64,000 nt of DNA from Octopus vulgaris (lineage: Eukaryota). The DNA lies in assembly GCA_951406725.2 (NCBI GenBank), contig OX597830.1, positions 72,788,001-72,852,000 on the forward strand. The letters run 5' to 3'. Shown piece by piece: positions 54,145 to 64,000 of this stretch. Below the pieces are notes generated by a model. The model made no database searches. It saw only the letters and a list, made by a program, of their open reading frames with translations, and was not told the DNA's origin. The translations under genes were made by a program, and so were the position numbers. Each line of letters opens with the position of its first letter. The first letter of the stretch is position 1.

Positions 54145-54518
54145 TTTTACTGTTTTACTCTTTTACTTGTTTCAGTCATTTGACTGAAGCCATGCTGGAG
54201 CACCGCCTTTAGTCGAGGAAATCGACACCCAGGACTTATTCTTTGTAAGCCTAGTACTTATTCTATCGGTCTCTTTTGCCGAACCGCTAAGTTACGGGGT
54301 CGTAAACACACCAGCAACAGTTGTCAAGCGATGTTGGGGGGACAAACACAGACACACAAACACACACATATATATACATATTATACGACGGGCTTCTTTC
54401 AGTTTCCGTCTGCCAAACCCACTCACAAGACTTTTGTCGGCCCGAGGCTGGTGCCACGCAGTGGGACTGAACCCGGAATCATGTGGTTGGTAATCAAGCT
54501 ACTTACCACACAACCACC
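54145..54518 (-). mobile_element. SINE family A with small internal deletion
   Basis: Full tail and head; ggcccgaggct joined directly to ggtgccacgc. Confidence 0.95.
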
Positions 54519-54707
54519 TCGATTTATTATATAGTGTAATTATGCCGAGTAGACATTTAAACATTGCCAGTACCTTTCCAAATCCCACTACTTTTCACAT
54601 GTAGTCTGTGATTCTGTAGAATCTTTTTCGTGTATAAGTCGACCTGCTTCATTTGGTTGTAAAGTTTGGCTTGAAAGCTTTGACTTGTGTACCAGAAAAT
54701 ACGGCAA

Positions 54708-54860
54708 TCAAATTCCGCCAAAGTTTACTTTGCCGTTCACCCTTCCTGGGTTGGTGAATTAAGTACCAGTGAAACACTGGGGTCGATGTAATCAACTAGT
54801 CCCCTTCTCCAAAATTTCATGTTTTATACCTTTAATAGAAAGGATCGTTTTTATCATTAT
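54708..54860 (+). mobile_element. SINE-B 3' portion, type-2 tail
   Basis: caaattccgcc...attaagtaccagtgaaacactggggtcgatgtaatcaactagtcccc...tagaaaggat. Confidence 0.8.
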
Positions 54861-54876
54861 CCTGGAAGTGGGTCTG

Positions 54877-54977
<101 letters not shown>

Positions 54978-55453
54978 TACTGGGTTATATGGATTATATA
55001 CCGTATTTCTTACCAGAAAACAGGTATACGTTACGTAATTTGAATTACATATTAAAATTGGTATTATTTATAAATACCCACAGTTGAGGTGATATAATTA
55101 AGGTATAAATATAAAGAAAAGTTTACAAAATATTATAGTATAATGACGAACATTGATCTACATAATAACAAATTGTCTTACGTTATTTCTTTGTATATTC
55201 ATGTTTACGTTCATTCTCAATAGGGCTCACACACACACTTTGGCCATGACCGCACTATCTGTTTTTCTTTTTCTTTATATGCATTTTACAGCATTATATA
55301 TAAAATATATATATTACAGTGATGTATTGTGTTTCCCTAAAGTAAAATAATATTGCTATACTATTCGATAGTATTATTACATAAAATCTCATTTTATTAT
55401 TAACCGCTATAGTTATATTTTTTTACTTATTCTCCATATTAAAATTTTCAGAG

Positions 55454-55497
<44 letters not shown>

Positions 55498-55535
55498 CAT
55501 ATATATATGTACACATAAATAATTGCTCGTGTGTG

Positions 55536-55646
<111 letters not shown>

Positions 55647-55955
55647 ATATACTCTTATATATGTTTATGCACATAGACACTCATTTATATATATACATAT
55701 ACAAATACATACATACATACATACATACACATATACATATACGTGTGTATATATATATATATATATTACCTACTATTATGATTATTATTTATAATACGAA
55801 TAATCTCGTTCGTCATGGATGAGTTACTTAGTCTATTCTATTTTATTAAATCCCTTAAATGTTATTAAAATGTATTTTTTTATTTTCGTTTTCGCTTCCA
55901 CTGTAATTTCAATTTCACTTAAATGTATGTACTAGTGTACGAAAAGTAAAGTGAA

Positions 55956-56111
55956 CAGGAGTGACTGTGTCGTAAATAGCCTGCTTACCAACCACACGAT
56001 TCCGGGTTCAGTCTCACTGCGTGGCACCTTGGAAAGTGTATTCTACTATAGCCTCGGGCCGACCAAAGTCTTGCGAGTGGATTTGGTAGACGGAAACTGA
56101 AAGAAGCCTGT

Positions 56112-56174
<63 letters not shown>

Positions 56175-56385
56175 GTTTGTGTGTCTGTGTTTGTTCCCCC
56201 ATCATCGCTTGACAACCGATGCTGGCATGTTTACGTCCCCGATAATTAGCGGTTCGGCAAAAGAGACCGATAGAATAAATACTAGGCTTACAAAGAATAA
56301 GTCCTGGGGTCGATTTGCTCGACTAAAAGGCGGTGTTCCAGCATGGCCACAGTCAAATGACTGAAACAAGTAACAAAGAAAAAAA
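55956..56385 (+). mobile_element. SINE family A, full length
   Basis: All modules present; tail aggcggtgttccagcatggccacagtcaaatgactgaaacaag. Confidence 0.95.
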
Positions 56386-57142
56386 AAAGAAAAAATATAG
56401 AATGACCACTTCCCCAGCCAAACCTCAGAAACTGTAAACGTTTTTCGTTCCCCAGAACCAATTTTACCATTTTTGTAACTGATACTTTCCCCCACGTTAT
56501 TCTTAATTGCATTGACCAATGATGAATATCATCGAAATATATTTATGAGACAATGAAGCAGCCTTGATCTAATCATACACCAGTTAGAAATAGTGGTTAC
56601 ATCTCCCTCAAATCAAATTTAATTTCATTAAAAGGATACGATGATGAACTAATTAAACGTAGTTCTAAATACCTCCTTGACAATCTCGGAAAAAATATCT
56701 CAAACAGTACAAAACACAAACAATCGTTTGCGATTCTCCTAAGAGTACAGATGGAATAGAAACAGTACGGTCCGAACTGAAAGATTTATGTTCATTGCAT
56801 ATTATGCTGCTGAGCTTAGCATACAAAGAACTCAGCTCAATAAATACCATAGTGAATGGGTGACAGTAGATGGTATTCTTACGACAGCAGAAAATAGAAA
56901 ATGGACGTGGGTTGGAGACAGTAGAAGGGTGTGAAGCTTTTGGGCAAAAATCTACTCATTGACCTACTCTTCATTGATATCACATAGATATATGTTGCAA
57001 CACTGGCAATGATATAATGAGTTAGTCATCTAAATACTACAAATTCACTTGGTGTTGGTCACAGCCGTTTCTCTTAAATGGCTATACTCGAATGATTATT
57101 TGCATTATACTTTTATTACAACCAACATACACAATTATATAT

Positions 57143-57431
57143 GACGGACACTCCTGTCGAAGACGATGTATAGCTGGTCAGATTTTTGCCGAACAACCTG
57201 CATAAATGATTTATTTATAGTGATCAAATGCATGCGCCGCATATTAGCTCACTTTCTCCAGCAAATCGTCGTTGCATGAGCAGGTCCACGGTGTCCTATG
57301 CATCAGGTGTCCAGTGATCGCAGAGCGTTGTGAGATTAAGTGTTGTGCTCAAGAACAACAACGCACCAGCCGGTCTAGGGATTGAAACCACGATCTCGTG
57401 TTCGTGAGTACAACACCGAAACTACAAGGCC
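57143..57431 (-). mobile_element. SINE family C-related element with a different 3' body
   Basis: Minus: ...gagatcgtggtttcaatccc...gcgttgttgttcttgagcacaacacttaat...catcgtcttcgacaggag. Confidence 0.7.
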
Positions 57432-57496
57432 TTTACTTTCATGTATGCATGTATTTCTGCATGTACGTATATGAATTTGTATATATGCATTTGCAT

Positions 57497-57556
<60 letters not shown>

Positions 57557-57559
<3 letters not shown>

Positions 57560-57716
57560 CGTTAGGAAGGGAATCCAGCTGTAGAAACACTGCCAGATCA
57601 GACTGGGCCTGATGCAGCCTTCTGGCTTCACAGACCCCAGTTGAACCGTCCAACCCATGCTAGTATGGAAAGCGGACGCTAAACGATGTTGTTGTTGATG
57701 ATGATGATGATGATGA

Positions 57717-57717
<1 letters not shown>
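57557..57717 (+). mobile_element. 5'-truncated retroposon tail ending in (GAT)n
   Basis: ggcgttaggaagggaatccagctgtagaaac...ccaacccatgctagtatggaaagcggacgctaaacgatg...(gat)n; resembles RTE-type SINE tails. Confidence 0.65.
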
Positions 57718-57774
<57 letters not shown>

Positions 57775-57949
57775 CGTATTTGCGTTTGTTTTGCAAAATT
57801 CCTGTTGAAACCGATATTGTTATAAATCAGGATGGCCATTTTTTTTTTGTTATTTGCCAAATAACCATAAGTGCTATGCGTTCTGCACGTCAGCATTATG
57901 TTTCTTTTACTGTCCTTTGTCAATGACCATCCCGATAAATATATATATA

Positions 57950-58328
57950 GTTCAGTCCCACTGCACCTTGAGCATGTATCTAGTATAGCCTCGGGCCGAT
58001 CAAAGCCTCGCGAGTGGATTTGGTAGACAGAAACTAAAAGAAGTCCGTCGTATCGTATACATACGTACATACATACATACACACACACACACATACATAC
58101 ACACACATATATATATTTGTGTCTGTGTTTGTTGTCAAGTGTCTGTGTTTGTCTTCTACCTTCACTTGACAACTGATGCTGGTTTTTTTATGTCCCCATA
58201 ACTTAGCGGTTCGGCAAAAGAGAACGACAAAGAAGCTACTAGGCTTACAAATAATAAATCATGGGGTCGATTTGTTCGACTAAAGGCGGTGCTCCAGTAT
58301 GACCGCATTCATATGACTGAAACGAAGG
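57950..58328 (+). mobile_element. SINE family A, 5'-truncated
   Basis: gttcagtcccactgc...ggatttggtagacagaaac...aaggcggtgctccagtatgaccgc. Confidence 0.9.
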
Positions 58329-58604
58329 AATATACTTATTTTCATGTCAATGTATACTTCTATTTACTTTGAGTTGTGTCAGTCCTTTGGCTGAGGTCAT
58401 GCTGAGGAATTGGTTTGAAGAATTTTAGTCAAAGGAAGCAACACCAATCTTTATTTCTTCTTTTTGAAGTCTGGAACTTATTATGCCATTCTCTTTTCAG
58501 CAGTGCTAAGTTACGGGGGTAGCAAACACCAGCGCCATTTGTGAAGAGTCGTTTGCTGTTCTGTACATGTCCTTAAAATAGAGAGAGAGAGAGAGAAAGA
58601 AAGA

Positions 58605-58662
<58 letters not shown>

Positions 58663-58739
58663 AAAAGAAAGGAGGAGAGAGAGAGAGACTAATAAACTAC
58701 AATTATTTAAACAAATTTATCGATGAAATATTCACATAC

Positions 58740-59095
58740 CTGCAGACGTGAGTGTGTTGTAAGATGTTTGCTTCCCAACCATATGGTTATGAGTTCAGTC
58801 GCACTGCCTGGTACCTTGGAAAAATATCTTCTATTATAACATCGGGCCGACAAAGACTTGAGAGGGATTTAGGTAGACGGAAACTGAAAGAAGCTCTTCA
58901 TATGTACGTGCATACATGTCGGATGTGTGTGTGTGTGTGTGTGTGTGTTAGTGTTAGTGCCCCAATAACTAAGCGTTTCAATAGGAGCAACCGGTTAAAC
59001 ATGAACCAGGCTTTAATATCTACTGGAGTCCATTTTTTTTAGTAAAATCCTTAAAAACACTGCCCCAGCATGGCCGAAACCTAATGACTAAAATG
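58740..59095 (+). mobile_element. Degenerate SINE-A copy
   Basis: ttgcttcccaaccatatggtt...ggtagacggaaactgaaagaagc...tgccccagcatggccg. Confidence 0.8.
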
Positions 59096-59759
59096 TAGAA
59101 CCTACTGATTCTTTGACCCTTCACGTTTGGTAATTACAAACTAAGCAAACCCAGCAAACCCAATGTTGTTGAATCCGTTATCAGCAATAACAAGTTTTTA
59201 TAACATAGGCTTAACCAATGTCATCTGTCATGTAACGAGTAACTTGAGACGTTATTCATATGAAACATAATGCTGTTGGGGTAAGCAGTATCTTATCAAA
59301 ACGGTAGAACGACGAACAAAAGGTCTTGTAGTATATAATTACAAACCCATTTAAGTTCTTTATGAGCCAAACATTTTACTGAGATCAACATGGCGATACC
59401 ACGTAGAGGATATCTCGATTGCTCGGTGTTTGTCTCCTATGTCTTAAGTGAGAAATAATTATAACTTCCAGTTAGGAGCGGTCAGGGGCCAAATCATTAG
59501 AGCGCTGTAAAAAAACTCTCTTGCGGTATATAATTTCAGCCGAGATGGAATCCTGTCCGGGTACATTTTGTTTTCCATCTTATTCTCCCTGTTTTTTTTT
59601 TTTTTATTATTTATTATTATTATTTTTCTTTAGTTCTTCATCATGTGGTTCACTCAGAAATATTCGCCTTACCCTTGTTCGGCCGCCATTAATGTTTTCG
59701 TTTTGATATAAGCATGCGTGTTATTTCCTAACAAAATTGTGTGTAAGATTTGCTCAGTT

Positions 59760-59798
<39 letters not shown>

Positions 59799-59860
59799 AA
59801 GAAAGTAAAACCAGGTAGAAAGTACTAAAATAATGTTATCATGTATACATTTTGTAACGG

Positions 59861-59898
59861 TTAGTACCGGTTTCAGACTTTTCGACTTTTTCAACTAA
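59861..59898 (-). ncRNA. Minimal hammerhead-like motif with U3-A8 core variant
   Basis: Minus: ttag-TTGAAAA-agtcgaaaagtct-GAAAC-CG-GTA-ctaa; 4-bp stem I, palindromic ACCGGT stem III, weak stem II. Confidence 0.45.
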
Positions 59899-60289
59899 GA
59901 GTAAGACAAAGGTGGATATTAATTAAGAAGAAAAATAATTAAATTGAACAAAAGTTGTTTTTTTTAAATACTGTGTTGACAAAGAGTGCTTGAAATTAGA
60001 TACCAAATAGCAACAATTTATATTTATTAATTAGTTCAATTTCAGAGTGACATCTGTGCAGGCACAAGAGATCTCATTCGATCTATTGCATTTCACTTCC
60101 TCAATGCATTCATTGCCGAACTTCCCATCTCTCCACTCTTCTTCCGCTACATGACTCTTGTATTCGTTGGAAGCTTTGGATGTGACTTTAAGCTGTAATT
60201 AGTATTTGGGCCCTGGTTCGGGAGTTCGGAGGTTTTAATGTGTATGTAACGAAGTGTGAGATAATATTATTTCCCTGTCCACTGAGATC

Positions 60290-60870
60290 TTGAGTAGTAG
60301 CACCTGCTGGGGTCTCAACGACAAGTTAATTAGCAAGTCAGTGGGGGAAGATGAAGCGCGTTACCCAGTGCAAGGTAGAGGTCAACTAAATGTAGAGGAA
60401 GGAAAATCTTAATTCCAAATCACCGCTGACATGCATCCATACTGAGTCATGAGAATGTCCTGAGGAGTAAAACCCTGAAAAAAAAGATTGGCATTCGGAG
60501 CAGCAGAAGCAGTACGATTTTGCCCATAATCTCGTTCAGGCAACTCTTGCAACGACGCAAGCGCCAAAATGTAATGACCATGTTATGTCGTTCCTTTAAA
60601 TCCGTCTGTAACGGAAACAGTGGAGGACACGCTGCTTGGTCAACAACTTGGCCTGCATACCATACTCCATCAGCTTTGATCGTATCAAAAAACCTTACAC
60701 GAGAGAGAGAGAACTGGAAAACATTATAGCTCATACAGCCTCGTGACAAACTCGGGACAGACCCGAAGGTTCAGCATGTGTGGCAGGTATTACCATAGCA
60801 GCATCAGACAACGCTGTTTCCTTGGTGTGGACAACAGAGACATTAATGATCAAGGCAGGGAAATGATATG
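60290..60870 (+). mobile_element. Possible RTE-clade LINE 5' region, decayed
   Basis: gaggaaggaaaatcttaattccaaatcaccgctg...ggagtaaaaccctga recalls RTE/Expander 5' UTR motifs; GC-richer than flanks; from recall only. Confidence 0.4.
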
Positions 60871-60974
60871 AATTTACAAAAAGTCGATTTTAACTCAGAA
60901 CTTAATGTAAGTTACATGGTAATTACTTCAGAGCTGTTGGTATTCTGGCAAGAAAAATGTCAATATTAGAATAT

Positions 60975-61563
60975 TCTTTTCTACTCTAGGCACAAGGCCC
61001 TAAATCCTTGTGGAGCGGTCCTGTCGATTAGATCGAGCCCAGTACGCGACTGGTACTTAATTTATCGACCCCAAAAGGATGACAGGCAAAGTCAACCACG
61101 GCAGAATTTCAAATTAGAACGTAAAGACAGATGAAATACCACTAAGCATTTAGCCCGGCGTGCTAATTTTTTCTTATTTCTTTATTACCCACAAAGAGCT
61201 AAACATAGAGGGGACAAACAAGGGATTAAGTTCATTACATAGACGCCAGTGCGAAACTTGTACATAATTTATCGACTCCGAAAGGATGAAAGGCAAAGTC
61301 GACCTCGGTGGAATTCCGCTTCAGAACGTAAAGACTGACAAAATACCTATTTCTGTACTACCCACAAGGTGCTAAACACAAAGATAAACGGATTAAGTCG
61401 ATTATATCGACCCCAGTGCGTAACTGGTACTTATTCAATCGACCCCGAAAGGATGAAAGGCAAAGTAGACCTCGGCGGAATTTGAACTCAGAACGTAGCT
61501 GCAAACGAAATGCCGGTAAGCATTTCACCCGTCATGCTACCATTTCTGCCAGTTCACCGCCTT
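60975..61563 (-). mobile_element. SINE-B trimer/composite (two type-1-tail units + one type-2-tail unit)
   Basis: Three ggatga(a/c)aggcaaagt cores; flanks caatattagaatatt / caatatttggatatt resemble a decayed TSD. Confidence 0.9.
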
Positions 61564-62759
61564 CGACAATATTTGGATATTAGCTTAATGTCTATTGTTT
61601 TCTAATCCTCAATTCTACTCTCATAAAATTCCGTATATCTGAAGATGTCCGCATATATTAACCTTTCAAGCACACAGCTAGCTAGCTAGATATATCTAGA
61701 TAGAGAAAGATATAACTAGATAGATAGAGAGATAGATAGATAGATAAAGAGAGAGAGAGAGAGAGAGAAAGAAATTATATATATTGTGTACTCGGGTCGT
61801 TTGTGTGAGTGCGTGTGTGTGTGTGTGTGTGCGTGCGTGTGTGTGTGTGTGCTCGCGTGCGTGTGTATCTATATGTATACACAAAACAAGCGCATAAAAT
61901 TTACACGCTTAATTGCTTTATTTCTGTTTAAGAGGTAATGGAAATCAAGTGGGTAACAACTATAATTATAAATAAATATATATTTATACACACACATATA
62001 TATACATATACTAAAGTGTATGCATGTACATATGTATTTACATATATCTCCTCTCAATTCACACCCGCTCACTCAGATCTGCATGCATGTGTGATTTACT
62101 ATATTAATAACTCTGCATATATATACATATATATATATAAGTATATATTGGCGTGCATGTGGACGTGTGTTATGGTGTATCCCATTGTTTCCTCTCAAAC
62201 ACATCCTCTCCTAAATTAGATAATACACAACAAATAAAAAACAGATTACGAACCAATCACGTAGCATGATTGAGATAATAAAGAGGTTCAGTCAGAAATC
62301 AAGAGTGTGAGCAAAGTGAAAGTAATTCGCTTCAGCACTGTTTGGCGCGGGAAAAAAAAATAACAAGGACAAAACAAACATAAAACATTAAAAAAAAACA
62401 CACGCATCCCCCATCACCAAACACTTATGTTACTAGCGACGACGGTGCAGAGTGATAAATGCGAAAATGGAATGATCAAGTACTTTAGCATAGTAAAAGC
62501 GCAATTCGATACGAGTTAAGTGATATAAAAAGGATATAATAAAACGATAGATATCATTGATATTGCAATAGGTTTATGATTCTGCTGACAGAATATATAG
62601 CTCCTTTTGAGTTTCTTTCTATACGTGTCCTAATTTGAAGTCACTTTGTTCTATTGTTAATAGGTTGTTTTTTTTTGTTCTTTCATATACACATAGAAAC
62701 AAAAAACAAACATTTTTGCATAATATGCACACAGGCACACGCATACATATATATGTATA

Positions 62760-62834
<75 letters not shown>

Positions 62835-62938
62835 GTATATATGTGTGTATAAATATATATTTATATTTATATATATATATATATATACATATATATATAC
62901 ACATATATATATATACGTACACACACACACACACACAC

Positions 62939-62986
<48 letters not shown>

Positions 62987-63560
62987 CACGCACACACACT
63001 CATACGCATACACACAGAAACGTATATATGCTTTTGTAGATTACGTATATTCACAAATGTATATGTTTGTGCATATTTATGCTTATGTTTTGTATTGTAA
63101 TTCTCCTTTTATATATGTGTGTGTGCATGCGTGTCTTCATGCCTGCGTGCTATGTGTATACATGCATACGCGCGTGCGTAGTACTACTTTTTCTCTGGTT
63201 TATTTTCAGGTGCCAATCCACAGAAAATTCTAAATCTTCATATTCCGGGTAGCATTATATGTTTGAATCTAACGGTTTGGAGATGGGTTTTTGGAGAAAT
63301 CTTAACGTCTAATTATTTTTATAGCATGTTGACTGATCGCTATAGCGGCTATAGACTTAAACTTTCTGGTGAGAAATATCATTGGCACCACTAACAAGAC
63401 AGATTGTCTCTACGCATGAAGCCTCTTTGGCAACCAACCGTGTTTGGGATTCTTTATACATAGTCTATATATTTAACTTGATCCAAGGAGTTCCATTCAC
63501 ATTCATTTAACTTGTTTTTTATTTTCCTTTCATTTTTACTTATTTTCTATACCCATATTT

Positions 63561-64000
63561 ATTTCTTTATTGCCCACTGAGGGTTAAACATAGAGGGGAC
63601 AAACAAGGACAGACAAACAAGGACAGACAAACGGATTAAGTCGATTACATCGACCCCAGTGCGTAACTGGTACTTAATTTATCGACCCCGAATGATGAAC
63701 GGCAAAGTCGACCTCGGCGGGACTTGAACTCAGAACATAACTGCAGACAAAATACCTATTTCTTTACTACCCACAAGGGGCTAAACACAGAGAGGACAAA
63801 CAAGCACAGACAAGCGGATTAAGTCGATTACATCGACTCCAGTGCGTAACTGGTACTTAATTTATCGACCTCAGAAGGATGAAAGGCAAGGTCGACCTGG
63901 CGGAACTTTAACTCAGAACATAACTGCAGACAAAATACCTATTTCTTTACTACCCACAAGGGGCTAAACACAGAGAGGACAAACAAGGACAGACAAATGG
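63561..64000 (-). mobile_element. SINE-B multimer (at least 3 units, ~183-bp period), runs off the window
   Basis: aatacctatttctttactacccacaaggggctaaacacagag junctions at 63751 and 63934. Confidence 0.95.

Noticed and set aside
54615-54705. Second CCGTA-type MITE remnant (gaaaatacgg end)
   Set aside because: Left TIR not identifiable; too degenerate to call

Overview
AT-rich, extremely microsatellite-dense eukaryotic non-coding DNA. The repeat families suggest an octopod cephalopod genome such as Octopus; this is an inference from recall, not a database result. I found no credible intact host gene, and nearly all long ORFs are translated microsatellites. The window is a mosaic of: (A) a tRNA-derived SINE with an internal (TA)n/(TG)n tract whose 3' tail is shared with a CR1-like LINE also present here; (B) a second tRNA-like SINE that occurs as monomers and ~184-bp-unit multimers with two alternative tails; a third SINE family; decayed LINE fragments (CR1-like, RTE, R4/Dong-like, Tx1/L1-like, Penelope-like); Tc1 and mariner transposase relics; several MITEs; and non-autonomous Helitrons. 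The most notable hidden structure is a dispersed set of type-I hammerhead-ribozyme-like motifs in short Penelope-like terminal repeats. They show stem covariation and core variants, and one ~400-bp palindrome carries a hammerhead fold in each arm.
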